In this document: in pieces, positions 11,945 to 22,666 of the stretch | Numbering within the stretch: the first letter of the stretch is position 1 | Layout of the letters: each line of letters opens with the position of its first letter | From: Clostridiales bacterium | GTDB taxonomy: Bacteria > Bacillota > Clostridia > Christensenellales > CAG-917 | Length of the DNA: 64,000 nt | Direction of reading: 5' to 3' | NCBI GenBank assembly: GCA_022009995.1 | Contig: CP091734.1 | Span: 128,997 to 192,996, forward strand | The notes under the pieces: model-generated | What the model was told of the DNA's origin: nothing | Databases searched by the model: none | What the model saw: only the letters and a program-made list of their open reading frames with translations | Made by a program: the position numbers and the translations under genes

Positions 11945-12080
11945 GTTTGCTTTCCGGATTTTTCAAAAAACCGACGTTTTTTCGTAAAAATTCGTCAAAA
12001 ATACGCAATTTTTTATGTGCAAAATAATATACTTTATCGTTCGTTTTTGCATTATAAAGTCGCTTTTGTGTCGGTCAAAA

Positions 12081-12095
12081 AAAATTCCGCCGTGC
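12081..12095 (+). repeat. GC island AAAATTCCGCCGTGC, copy 2.
   Basis: Identical to 11930-11944. It lies about 40 nt upstream of the -35 box of the plus-strand promoter. Confidence 0.5.
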
Positions 12096-12132
12096 AAATT
12101 CATTATTTTTTCCGACGCGACCGAAAAAAGCA

Positions 12133-12161
12133 TTGACAATATTTTTTTCCTTTATTATAAT
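12133..12161 (+). promoter_or_regulatory. Sigma-A type promoter for the 12211 gene pair.
   Basis: TTGACA (12133-12138), 17 nt, TATAAT (12156-12161). An AAGGAG RBS sits 8 nt before ATG 12211. Confidence 0.45.
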
Positions 12162-12210
12162 TTATGATACAAAACACATATTTTCGCTCAAAATTTTAAG
12201 GAGATATATT

Positions 12211-13680
12211 ATGGCAACAAAAAAGAAAGTCAATGTCGACGACGCTTTGGAAACGGCCGAAAACGTGACGGAAACCGTTACCGAAAACGTGGCGGAAAGC
12301 ACGACGGAAAATGCTGAAATCGCCGCGGACGAAACGCCTTCCGTAAATCACGAAACCGTTGACGAAACCGAAAAAGCAAAGCAGCCTCTGAGTCTCGAAG
12401 ACGCCCTTGCCGCGGCTGAATTTGCGGCAGGTCAGTATGAGTCTTTCGCCGCCGAAGAAAAGGCGGAAAAAGAAAGCGACACCCCGTCCGAACCGGAACC
12501 TGCGGCGGACGAATTGCCCGAAATCGGCGCGGCAACTTTCGATCCTTCGATGTTCGACGAAGGCGAAATCACGATGTCGGAAACCCCTGCGGAACCCACC
12601 GAGGAACCCGCTGTCGAAGCAGCCGAAACTCCTGTCGAAACAGCCGAAATCCCCGTTGAAGAAAGTGTGCCCGAAGCGGTCCCGGAAGTGACTGAAAACG
12701 TTGAATCCGAGGCAGTCCCCCTGCCCGATTTGTCGGAAGAACGCCCTGTTATGGGCGGCGAAACGCCTGTTGAAAAGGTTGAAAAAACCGAAAAACAAGC
12801 CGCGAAAAAACCGTCAAAACCGCGCGAGAAAAAAGCCGCTACGGCAAAAAAAGCGGCGGAAGAATCCGCACCTGCAACCGAAGAAAAACAGGAAGAAACG
12901 CCCGCGGAAGAAACGCCCGCAGCCGTTACCGAAAATGAAGAACAGCCGGTGACGGAAGACAAAAAAGTCGTTGCGAAAAAAGGCAAACCCGACAAAAAAT
13001 CGAAGGATAAAGCCGCCGACGCGGAAGCGGAAAAACCCAAAAAGGAAGAACTTACGCTCGCGCAGCGTTCCGAAAGGTTGAGAGCGAAACTTTCGCCCGA
13101 AAAGAACTTCCGTCTGCTGAAAATTCTCATCATCGTTTTGTCGGTAATTTGCGCCGCCATCTCCGCATACGTTTATATTTTCGTGATTTACGACAAGACG
13201 ACACCCTTGTCGATTGCGAAATTCGTGCCGATAATCCCGTTCATCGCGCAACTTCTGTTGCTTCTCATCACGTTACTCACGGCAGGCACGTCAAAGAGAA
13301 GACCTATCGGCGCCGCGCTGAAAGAAAATATACAGATTAAGCAGGAAGTCAAAGAAAAGGAAAAGGACGAAAAGATTTCCAAGGAAATCAGCGATCACCT
13401 TCTTGAACCCGAAGTCGCGCTCAATACTACCAAAAGAACGGTGGAACTTTCCAGTTTCCAGATTGACAACTTCTATAAGAAGAATATCGAAGAAATCAAC
13501 GGAAAATACTACATGCAGGTCGCGAAATTCGACGACAGCGTCAAAGTTTTCAACGCCTTGGGCGCAACCGATATGGAATTGTGCGCGGTGAATATGGTCG
13601 GCAGTGCGAAATTCGACGAGATTCTCAATCAACCCCGTACGAAAACCCTGTCTTCGCAGGAACTTGCGACGTATTTATGA
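12211..13680 (+). CDS. Hypothetical membrane protein: ~300-aa acidic E/T/P/A-rich disordered N-terminus, Lys-rich stretch, 2 TM helices, ~130-aa C-terminal domain.
   Basis: Start chosen at ATG 12211 (RBS AAGGAG). MATKKKVNVDDALETAEN...; TM segments LKILIIVLSVICAAISAYVYIFVIY and IIPFIAQLLLLLITLLTAG. I recognise no family. Confidence 0.6.
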   Translation: MATKKKVNVDDALETAENVTETVTENVAESTTENAEIAADETPSVNHETVDETEKAKQPLSLEDALAAAEFAAGQYESFAAEEKAEKESDTPSEPEPAADELPEIGAATFDPSMFDEGEITMSETPAEPTEEPAVEAAETPVETAEIPVEESVPEAVPEVTENVESEAVPLPDLSEERPVMGGETPVEKVEKTEKQAAKKPSKPREKKAATAKKAAEESAPATEEKQEETPAEETPAAVTENEEQPVTEDKKVVAKKGKPDKKSKDKAADAEAEKPKKEELTLAQRSERLRAKLSPEKNFRLLKILIIVLSVICAAISAYVYIFVIYDKTTPLSIAKFVPIIPFIAQLLLLLITLLTAGTSKRRPIGAALKENIQIKQEVKEKEKDEKISKEISDHLLEPEVALNTTKRTVELSSFQIDNFYKKNIEEINGKYYMQVAKFDDSVKVFNALGATDMELCAVNMVGSAKFDEILNQPRTKTLSSQELATYL

Positions 13681-14316
13681 GCAAACCCAACGTTTTCACC
13701 ATCAAAAAACGCGGCGCGCTTGACTGGACGTTCAAATACAGCAGCAAATCTTTCGGTATTATCCGTGAAAACGACGACAGTTACAAGGTTTCCATCAAGT
13801 GCTATCCCGACGCCGCGCAACGCATCAACGACGTCTATAAAGCCCTTGAAGACAGCAACTTCCCCAGCGGTCCGTTGTGGTATTGCTTCAACGAATTGAG
13901 AAACCTGCCCCCGCGCGTATGCAAATGGCTTGTCGATACGTCCTGCCAGATTTCGCAATTCCAGCAAATCAAGACGGATAAACTCAAAGACACCATCAAA
14001 ACGGCGAAAGATTACGATATCGATATCGAGGATATCCGCACGAAGTTCCAGGCGGGCGAAAGTGCTGAAATTCCCGAAGTTCACGATGATTTTCTCAAAG
14101 GGTAACGACGCGGATATGACGACCTATCTCACGCGCGAATGCGAAGGCGTCGACGCTTCCGCCTATACGAAGGAATACTACTACAAGTTCGCGGACGGCG
14201 TAAATTCGGTCAGCATTCTCTGCCCGACGAAAGGTCTTTCCGAAGACGTCATCATCGCAATTTTCGACGAAATCGAAAAATCGCGAAATAGTTTTTCACA
14301 ACGAAAAGCGGGTTAA
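13677..14316 (+). CDS. Hypothetical protein, translationally coupled to the upstream gene (ATGA overlap). One apparent frameshift at the GGG run near 14098.
   Basis: MSKPNVFTIKKRGALDWTFKYSS... Removing one G at 14096-14098 joins ...EVHDDFLKG to NDADMTTYLTRECEG... (ORF 13930-14316 frame). Confidence 0.5.
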
Positions 14317-14343
14317 GTCTGACTTAACCCGCTTATTTTTTTG
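14308..14343. terminator. Bidirectional rho-independent terminator.
   Basis: AGCGGGTTAAGTC / GACTTAACCCGCT palindrome followed by a T run. It is shared by the convergent genes ending at 14316 (+) and 14401 (-). Confidence 0.6.
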
Positions 14344-14400
14344 TCGTTTTTTTGTTTGTAATTGCCCGGAACCCTTTCGGGCGCGACGGCGTAAGAACCC

Positions 14401-15559
14401 TTAAACGTACTTATTATCGACGTTTATTATGTAATAATAAGTTTTGTCGGACTTTATTTTTTCGTTCAATTCTCGCCTTATTTCGCGCGCGCCGAGTTTC
14501 ACCCCGTACGGCACGACGACGTCAACAAAACGTTTGTGTGCGTGTTGCCCTTCACAAGCCTGAAATCGTGAATGGTGATATCTTCGTTCATCGAGCGGAC
14601 GACGTCCTGTACTTCCTTTTTCAAAAGATCGGTTTCGGGATCGCCCACCGCAATCGGGTCCATATGTATGACGAGATGCACGTTCATATCCCGCATAAAA
14701 TCCCTTTCGATATTGTCGATCTGGTCGTGAGTTTCGATAAAGTTTTTGCTGCCGTCAACCTCGACGTGAACCGACGCATAAGTTATCGCCGGGCCGTAAC
14801 TGTGAATCATAAGGTCGTGGAAACCCAGAACCTCGTCGTACTGCCTGAGTTTTTCGGAGATTTTCGCGACAAGCTCCTTGTCGGGCACGGTGCCGAGAAG
14901 CGGATTTATCGTTTCTTTCAGAAGTTTTATGCTGAAAATAATAATGACAACCGACACGACAAGCCCCGCGTATCCATCGATATTTACGCCCGTAACGTCG
15001 ATGACAATCGTCGAAATCAGGACGGCAATCGTCGTAAACACGTCGTTTCTGCTGTCTGCGGCAGACGCCTTCAACGCCTCGGAATTGATTGTTTGCCGAA
15101 GTTTCTGTAAATCAGCCCCTGCAAAATCTTCAAGACTATCGAAACGGCAAGCACGACGTAGGTGTACGCCGAAATATTGACGCTTTCGGGCGTGATGATT
15201 TTTTCAATGCTCTGCTTCAACAGCAACACGCCGATAAGCACGACCGCAAACGCAATGATAAACGCCGCGATGTATTCGTACCTTGCGTGTCCGAACGGGT
15301 GTTCCCTGTCGGCAGGTCTGTTGGAAAGTTTGAACCCGAAAACGGTAACGACGGATGACGCCGCGTCGGACAGGTTGTTGATTGCGTCGGCAACGATTGC
15401 GACGGAACCAGAAAATACGCCGACGAGAATTTTGAAAACGCATAATATAACGTTGGAAATAATCCCAAAAATCCCCGCGACGATCCCGTAACGAAAACGC
15501 ACTTCCTGATCGGAAGTGTTTTCATAATCTTTGATAAAAAGTTTTTTGAATAATTTCAT
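14401..15559 (-). CDS. Cation diffusion facilitator (CDF) family transporter. Two apparent frameshifts (~15085 and ~14525).
   Basis: ...SGSVAIVADAINNLSDAASS...EHPFGHARYEYIA.../...ALKASAADSRNDVFTT.../...HTNV-FVDVVVPYGVKLGAREIRREL. The first shift is explained by one missing A in a run (GKQINSEALKA). Confidence 0.85.
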
Positions 15560-15561
15560 TT

Positions 15562-16478
15562 TCAGATGCTGAAATCGCCGCTGTCGTCGGACTTCTCCGC
15601 GGCGGACGAAAGGTTATCGTCGTCCTTGATTTCAGCTTGCTCCGTAGTTTTTACGGACACGGATATATCTTCTTCTGTTTCTGTTTTTTCGTCGGAAACC
15701 TCAATGATTTCTTCCTTGACAATTTCGCCGTCCGTCTCAGGCGGGACAGGAGGAACAAAATCTGTGTTTTCGACAGAAATGGCGTTTACACTGTCGTTTT
15801 CGTCCTGTAAAGTGCGTTCTTTGATGGATTCCGTAATGCTGTCGATAAACTCGTGGTCGCGCGATTTTCTGTCGTAAACGCCCAGAAGATTGTCCTTTTC
15901 CTTTAAGGAATTGAACTCCTTTACGGCAAGGTACGCGACGTAAATCAGCACCAGTAGCATAAGCACGACGTACAATATCCAGCTTTTTGAAAAGTACGTC
16001 AGAAACGCAATTATCGCCGCAATTCCGAGTGCCAGCCCGAACACGAGCCACACCTGAACTTTGGGTTGCGCGCCGGGCATCATTTTGTCCATATTCGTAT
16101 AAAAAACGTATCCGAGGCTCACGCCCGTGAACATCGCCGAAACGATGACGCCGACGATACGCCACGCTTTCGTACCGGCGTTTGCACAATACCCGCCGAA
16201 CACAAGCGCAACGATGAACAAGAAAGCGATTATTATGTATTTCCTGACGAATTTATCGCGGGATTTTCTGTTTCTTCCACCATGCAGTCGCGGCATTTGT
16301 TTTCAAAAACAACCCTTTCAAGGCTCGACAAAGTCTTGCCGCAGCGTTTGCAACGGGTGTTGAGCGCAATGTTTGCCTGCGCTTTTTTGAAGTCGTACGA
16401 TACGTTTGCGCGCTTTAATATTTCAGCGACTTTTTCTTCTTTCGTAAGTTCTCTCGGTTGTTCTTTCTTGTGTGCCAT
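15562..16478 (-). CDS. Hypothetical membrane protein: N-terminal zinc ribbon, 4 TM helices, acidic C-terminal tail. One frameshift near 16270.
   Basis: RBS AAGGTGG plus ATG 16478: MAHKKEQPRELTKEEK...CKRCGKTLSSLERVVFENKCRDC. It joins RKSRDKFVRKYIIIAFLFIVALVFGG... (ORF 15562-16296). Confidence 0.5.
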
Positions 16479-16597
16479 AACCCACCTTTTACTATATTTT
16501 ATCATATAGGTTGCAAAAATACAATAAGTTTTTTAATTGCCTTGAAAATATAGTTTGAATATGGTATAATTCCGACAGAAAACATACGAGGTGTATT

Positions 16598-17110
16598 ATG
16601 TCAAAAATTCAGATTCAGCTTTCGGACGGCAGAAACATAAACCTTGATCTTTACGAAGACGTCGCGCCGATTACGGTCAAAAACTTCAAAAAACTCATCA
16701 AAGAAAACTTCTTCGACGGGCTTTGTTTCCACCGCACGATAAAAGATTTTATGATTCAAGGCGGCGGTTTCATCGCGGACGGTCGCGCGATTAAGGAAAA
16801 AGGCGGCGCGGACACGATAAAAGGCGAATTCTTGTCAAACGGCGTGAAAAACGACCTGCACCACGGCGAAGGCGTGATTTCGATGGCGCGCACCAACGTC
16901 AAAGACAGCGCGTCCAGTCAGTTTTTCATCTGCTCTGCCGATTGCGCGTTTCTGGACGGACAATATGCGGCTTTCGGGAAAACTTCGGACGAGGAAAGTC
17001 TTGCGGTCGTGAAAAGCATTTCAAAAGTCCCGACTCACAGTTTCTCGTGGTTTGACGATATTCCGAACGAGCCTGTTGTCATAAAAACTGTTATTTTGAC
17101 ACAAGAATAA
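16598..17110 (+). CDS. ppiB: Peptidyl-prolyl cis-trans isomerase, cyclophilin type.
   Basis: ...FFDGLCFHRTIKDFMIQGGGF...MARTNVKDSASSQFFIC... Upstream TTGAAA-17-TATAAT promoter. Confidence 0.9.
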   Translation: MSKIQIQLSDGRNINLDLYEDVAPITVKNFKKLIKENFFDGLCFHRTIKDFMIQGGGFIADGRAIKEKGGADTIKGEFLSNGVKNDLHHGEGVISMARTNVKDSASSQFFICSADCAFLDGQYAAFGKTSDEESLAVVKSISKVPTHSFSWFDDIPNEPVVIKTVILTQE

Positions 17111-17138
17111 TTTTTCCGACAATTTTTGCAAACAAAAA

Positions 17139-17166
17139 ACCCGACGCGGCGCGTCGGGTTTTAATT
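17139..17166. terminator. Bidirectional rho-independent terminator.
   Basis: ACCCGACGC-GGC-GCGTCGGGT hairpin flanked by an A run upstream and a T run downstream. It lies between ppiB (+) and the TetR gene (-). Confidence 0.65.
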
Positions 17167-17174
17167 TGTATTTT

Positions 17175-17735
17175 TTATTCTTTACGCATTTTTTGCACCG
17201 CGGCGTCAACCGCGCCCTGCATCATACGTCCGATTCGTTTTATGAAACTGTCGATTTCTTCGGTCATGCCGTGCTGCAACCATTGCACCATCAGCGCGAC
17301 GTAAGTAATCGTGAAGTAATTTGCGATAAATTCAATATCCTCATTGTCGATGATGACGTACACGGATTTCTGGATAACCTGATCGTGCACGGCGTCGTAA
17401 ATCGACTCGTAAATAAACTTTTCGATATATTCGCGCCCAAGACTGTTGAATGCCGAAAGCGTCATCGCGCGGTTGTCGTAAAGATAACGCATGATAACGT
17501 CGATTGCGTTGGACGTCGAAAGTTTTCTTATGTCGCCGACGACTTGTTGCGTTTCAAACTTATACAGCCACTCGAACAGTTCCTTGATATCCTTGAAGTG
17601 ATAATAAAAGGTCTGACGGTTATAGCCGCAGTTTGTGACGATTTTGTCGATTGTGATTTTTGAGAAAGGCATTTCCTGAATAAGTTCTTTCAGGGAGTTT
17701 GCCATCATTTTTTTCGTGTTCAACGAGTTGCCCAT
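17175..17735 (-). CDS. TetR/AcrR family transcriptional regulator.
   Basis: N-terminal HTH: MANSLKELIQEMPFSKITIDKIVTNCGYNRQTFYYHFKDIKELFEW. Confidence 0.8.
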   Translation of the reverse strand: MGNSLNTKKMMANSLKELIQEMPFSKITIDKIVTNCGYNRQTFYYHFKDIKELFEWLYKFETQQVVGDIRKLSTSNAIDVIMRYLYDNRAMTLSAFNSLGREYIEKFIYESIYDAVHDQVIQKSVYVIIDNEDIEFIANYFTITYVALMVQWLQHGMTEEIDSFIKRIGRMMQGAVDAAVQKMRKE

Positions 17736-17737
17736 AA

Positions 17738-18343
17738 TTAAGTATTTCTCCTGTTTTTCGACGCTTCGCAGCCGCAGTAGTCCTGTCTGTAAAGCCCGAA
17801 TTCTTTTGATATATTCACGGATTCCTGAAATCCGTTTTCTTTTTTGAAGTCGTTGACGAGATATTTCACACCGTACGTTTTCGCAAGTTCCTCGCCGATG
17901 TCGTTGATGACGACGGCATTTTTCATCGGACTTACGGAAAGCGTGGACGCAAAGTATTCAAAGCCGTGTTCTTTTGCGTATTCGGCGGTTTTCGTCAACC
18001 TTGTTCTTATGCAGACGGCGCAGCGCGGGCCGCCTTCCGTCGTGTCGGAAAAGCCCGAGACCGCCGCAAGGTAATCCTCGTCGCGATAACCGATTTCAAC
18101 GATATTAAGCCCGAGTTCCGCCTTATCGACGTACTCTTTCAGCGTTTCAAGACGTTTCTGATATTCGCTTTCCGGAAACGTGTTGGGATTGTAATAAAAC
18201 AAAGTAACGTCAAAATCTTTCAGACGATTTATGACGGCGGTCGCGCACGGCGCGCAACAGCACTGCAACAGCATCGACGGTTTCCGACAGCCTATCGACG
18301 AAATCTCGTCCTGCATTTCTTTGTTGTAATTACGTTTATTCAT
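17738..18343 (-). CDS. queH: Epoxyqueuosine reductase QueH (DUF208).
   Basis: MLLQCCCAPCATAV..., ...GGPRCAVCIRTRL..., ...YRQDYCGCE. These are Cys motifs typical of QueH. Confidence 0.85.
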   Translation of the reverse strand: MNKRNYNKEMQDEISSIGCRKPSMLLQCCCAPCATAVINRLKDFDVTLFYYNPNTFPESEYQKRLETLKEYVDKAELGLNIVEIGYRDEDYLAAVSGFSDTTEGGPRCAVCIRTRLTKTAEYAKEHGFEYFASTLSVSPMKNAVVINDIGEELAKTYGVKYLVNDFKKENGFQESVNISKEFGLYRQDYCGCEASKNRRNT

Positions 18344-18552
18344 AATTCAACAACAATTTTAATAAGTTAAAAAAAATTTGTCAAACGTATAAACTGTTTT
18401 TTTACAATAAAAAAATTCAATGTAATAAAATTTCGTTACAAAAATTGCTTTTTTGTATAATTTAATCGTTAATTTTACTAAACAAATGTAAAAAACGATA
18501 AAAAACAAAAAGTTTCCTTGGAAAAACCGCGGAAACCTTGAAAATTCGTTAC

Positions 18553-18717
18553 TATTTTTCTTTTTTCTTTTTGTTGCAAGCCTCGCAATCGCCGTTGCAA
18601 TAAATTTTTGAGCCGCACGACGTCTTTCCTTTTTTACGGTTTACGACGACGTACGCAATCGAAAACACAACCCACAACGAAAGCGCGACTATTAAAATTA
18701 TATCAATCGTTTTCATA
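18553..18717 (-). CDS. FeoB-associated Cys-rich membrane peptide (54 aa). Below the ORF-track size cutoff.
   Basis: My own translation: MKTIDIILIVALSLWVVFSIAYVVVNRKKGKTSCGSKIYCNGDCEACNKKKKEK. It starts immediately after the feoB stop (18718). Confidence 0.65.
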
Positions 18718-20722
18718 TCAGCAAGCCGCCGCGATCTGATAAACTATGCACGAGCAAACCCACGCAAGCGCGCACTGATAAACGACGACAACGGCGGTTT
18801 TCCATACGGAGCCCAACTCTTTTCGCATCGTTGCGACGGTCGCGACGCACGGCGTATACAACAGAACGAACGTCAAAAATGACAAAAACGCCGGTACCGA
18901 AGTGAACAACGCCGTCATTCCGCCGCTTCCCGCAAGCATCTCGATCGTGCTTACGACCGCTTCTTTTGCCGTAAATCCCGCAATGAGCGCGGAAACGATT
19001 TTACCGTCGTTCATACCAAGCGGCTTAAACACCGGCGCAAGGAAATTGCCGATATGTTCAAGCAGACTCACGTTGTCCTCAACGCCGTCGGTAATGAAAT
19101 AATGCGGCTGTTGTACGCCTGCAAAAACCATACGACAAGCGTGGCAAGGAAGATGACCGTAAACGCGCGCGTCAGAAAGTCTTTCGACTTCTCCCACATA
19201 AGAAGAAGCACGCTTTTTGCGGACGGCAGACGATAATTCGGAAGTTCCATTACGAACGGTACGGGCTTTCCCTTGAAAATAAGTTTCCCGGACACAAACG
19301 CCGTCAGAATCCCCAAAACGATGCCGAGAACGTACAGCCCGACGATAATCAGCGACTGCTGCCACCACTTGAACACGCCGCAATTTACGACCGCGTAATA
19401 CACGACCGCCTTTGCCGAACAACTGATGAACGGAATAAGTCCGATCGTCATTTTTCTGTCGCGCTCGGACGCAAGGGTACGGGTGCTCATAATCGCGGGG
19501 ACGGAACAGCCGAATCCGACGATGATAGGCACGAAACTGCGCCCCGATAAGCCCAGTTTTCTGAGCGGTTTATCCATAATAAACGCAACGCGCGCCATAT
19601 ATCCGCTGTCTTCAAGGAGCGACAGGAACATAAACATAACGACTATGTACGGCAAAAGCGATACGACCGCGCCAAGCCCGCCGAACAAACCTTTGTCCAG
19701 AAAGTCGATAATTGCAGGATTCGTGCCGAATTTCGTGAGCCCTTTTACGACCACTTTGTCCAGCGCGTCGATGCCCATCTCGATGCCGAGCCCGATATAT
19801 TTGCCGATAACCTGAAACGTGAGCAGGTAAATCGCCGCCATAATAAGGATAAACAGCGGTATCGCACCGTATTTATTCGTCAGTACTTTGTCGATTTTTT
19901 CGCTTTTCAGGCGTTCTTTCGACTCGTGCGGTTTCACGACGCATTCACGCGAGACCTTTTCGATGAAGTCGTACGTCATCGACGCCATCGCCGCGTCGCG
20001 GTCAAGCCCGGTGTCGTTTTCCATCTCGACGACGCTGTGTTCCAGAAGTTCCTTTTCGTTTTCGTCAAGGTTCAGACGTTTGTCGAAGTCGCCACCCGTC
20101 GTGATAAGGTTCATCGCGGCAAATCTTCCCGAAATGCCCGCGCTTTTCGCGTGGTCTTCGATAAGGTGGATTGCCGAGTGCAGGCATCTGTGCACGGGAC
20201 TGTCGCTTTCGCAAATATCTTTACTTTGGGTTTAATTTGTTCTTTGGCGGTTTTGATAACGACGTCGATAAGTTCGTCAACGCCCTCGTTTTTCGCGGCG
20301 GATATCGGCACGACGGGACAGCCCATCATATCCGACATTTTCTGAATATCGACGGTGCCGCCGTTTCCGCGCACTTCGTCCATCATATTCAACGCAATGA
20401 CCATAGGAATATCCATTGTCATAAGTTGCGTCGTGAGATAAAGATTTCGCTCGATCGTGGTGGCGTCGACAATGTTTATTATGCCGTCGGGTTTTTCGTT
20501 CAGAATAAAGTCGCGCGTGACGATTTCTTCCGTCGTGTACGGGCGCAACGAATAAATGCCCGGAAGATCGACGATAACGCAGTCGTCGTGCTTTTTCACA
20601 ACGCCCGACTTTGAATCGACCGTAACCCCCGGGAAATTGCCGACGTGCTGATTCGACCCCGTCAGTTGATTGAACAACGTGGTTTTTCCGCAATTCTGAT
20701 TGCCGACAAGCGCGAATTTCAT
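18718..20722 (-). CDS. feoB: Ferrous iron transporter FeoB. At least 2 apparent frameshifts (3 ORF fragments).
   Basis: MKFALVGNQNCGKTTLFNQLTG...VDLPGIYSL (G-domain). Gate and permease segments lie in ORFs 19068-20195 and 18718-19422. Confidence 0.9.
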
Positions 20723-20943
20723 AAGGCGTTTACCTCAATCATTTTCGCGTCGTCTTTGCGGATTGTCAGTTCGTATCCGCGCAGGCGAATCTCGATAGGA
20801 TCGCCCATCGGCGCATATTTTATCACCGTAACGGCGGTTTTCGGGATAAGCCCCATGTCAAGAAGACGACCGCGCAAAACGCCTTCGCCCCCGACTTTCG
20901 TTATTACCGCGCTTTGATTAACGTGTACTTCGTCAAGCGTCAT
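20719..20943 (-). CDS. feoA: Ferrous iron transport protein A (FeoA).
   Basis: MTLDEVHVNQSAVITKVGGEGVLRGRLLDMGLIPKTAVTVIKYAPMGDPIEIRLRGYELTIRKDDA. Start taken at ATG 20943. Confidence 0.85.
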   Translation of the reverse strand: MTLDEVHVNQSAVITKVGGEGVLRGRLLDMGLIPKTAVTVIKYAPMGDPIEIRLRGYELTIRKDDAKMIEVNAL

Positions 20944-21071
20944 TGTACAAATATCTCCCTGGAATATGAAAATAATATCACTTTCGCCTTTACGTGTCAA
21001 TTTTATTTGTTTTTATTTGCATATCTTATTACAAAAACGACCTTAACTTTGACGAAGTCAAAATATAACTA

Positions 21072-22297
21072 CTAAAACGCCCAGTTCCCTTTTTCAAAGA
21101 TTTTTACGGTTTTTCCGTCGCGGGTGACCGCCTCGATTTCCAGATCTTCGCTGCCGATCATAAAGTCGACGTGAATGAGCGAGTCGTTTATGCCCTTTTC
21201 CTTGCATTCGTCAAACGAAAGATTTGCGTATCCTTCCAGACATTCGTTAAAGCCTCTGCCGAGCGCAAGATGGCAGCATGCGTTTTCGTCGAACAGCGTG
21301 TTGTAAAAAGTGATGCCCGAGTTTCTGATGGGAGAGTCGTAAGGCACGAGCGCGCATTCGCCGAGATATGCCGCGCCTTCGTCCATCGAAATCATGGAGC
21401 GCAACAATTCTTCGTTCTTTTCCGCACTGACGTCAACGACTTTTCCGTCCTTGAAAGTCACGCTGAAATTCTCGATAAGCTCCCCGCGATAAGACAGCGG
21501 TCTTGTTGCGACGACTTTTCCGTCGGCGTTGCCGCGCATGGGCGACGTGAACACTTCCTCGCTTGGAATATTCGGGTTGTATTCGATTCCTTCAAGCGTG
21601 TCTTCTTTGCCGCCAAGGAAATTGCAGCCGTCGATAAGCCCCACTCTGAAATCGGTGCCGTTTGACGATTTATATTTCAGTTCTTTTATTTTCAGGGAGT
21701 TTAAGTAGTTGCAGCGTTCCTTAATGTCCTTGTTGTGCTCATTCCACGCTTCCACGGGATTTCTCCGTCGGCGCGGGACGTGAACAAAATCGCCTGCCAC
21801 AACTTTTCGACAGCCTTGTTTTTCGTGTCACCGGGGAACACCTTTTTTGCCCATTCGACGCCCGGCACCGCCGCTATGCACCACTGATAATGGTTGTCAA
21901 GTTGGTCGCGGTACGGTTTGAACGCCATTGCCCTTGCCTGCTGCGCTTTCGCGACTTTTTCCTGATTTACGCCCTTCAACGCGTCGGGATCGTCGGACTC
22001 TATAAATATCCGTGCGGGACGGGTTTCGACAAAGTGTTTATACTTCTCTTCTTCCCATTTTTCGGTGCGGGACAACACGTCGAGTTTGCAGTATTTATAG
22101 GTCGCTTTCGTCACGGGATTGTATTCCCATTCGACGGTGACCTTGCCCGCGCCCGCCTTATAACATTCTTCCACAACCATTCTCACAAAGTCAAGTTGGT
22201 CGGGACACGCTCTCACGCGGACGTCTTGTCCTTTTTGCACGTTGACGCCCTTTCTTGCGATAAGTTTCGCATATTTTTGCAGTTGACTTTTTTTCAT
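21072..22297 (-). CDS. M29 family aminopeptidase (AmpS/PepS-like). One frameshift near 21790.
   Basis: MKKSQLQKYAKLIARKGVNVQKGQDV... joins ...NPVEAWNEHNKDIKERCNYLN...EEVFTSP...HLALGRGF...IHVDFMIGS. Confidence 0.85.
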
Positions 22298-22612
22298 AAA
22301 TCACCTCAGCTGTTTCTTTGTATGTAATTTTACCAAATTATCTTCTAAATGTAAATTTTTATTCGCGTACTTATTTGGCAAATTATACTTTAAAATAAAA
22401 AGGCGATTCAACTTAATCTCTTTTAATTCAACCAAACAAGACAAACAGAATAGGAAAATATGCGGCTGCATATTACGTGGCAGAAAGTGACAAACAAAAA
22501 CAGCAACGAACTATTGCAATAGTTTTTCCAAAAAGGACAAAACCTCTTTGATGTTTTACCTTCCCTCTCTCTTTCGACAATCGCACCCTGTTCCTGAAAT
22601 AAAACAAAAAAA

Positions 22613-22648
22613 GAACCCGACAGTGATCGGGTTCGTTTTTTTTCAGCT
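22613..22648. terminator. Second copy of the tRNA-Ala terminator hairpin.
   Basis: GAACCCGA-CAGTGA-TCGGGTTC with T/A runs on both sides. The 30 nt at 22611-22640 are identical to 22791-22820. Confidence 0.55.
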
Positions 22649-22649
22649 G

Positions 22650-22666
22650 TGGTGGAGATGAGGGGG
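22650..22666 (-). pseudogene. Orphan copy of the last 17 nt of tRNA-Ala (CCCCCTCATCTCCACCA).
   Basis: Identical to 22829-22845, the 3' strand of the T stem plus the acceptor 3' strand plus CCA of the intact tRNA. Confidence 0.7.

Noticed and set aside
21051-21063. TTGAC-GAA-GTCAA palindrome upstream of feoA, considered as a Fur box.
   Set aside because: It does not resemble the GATAATGATAATCATTATC Fur consensus, and I cannot assign it to a regulator. It is only mentioned within the feo finding.
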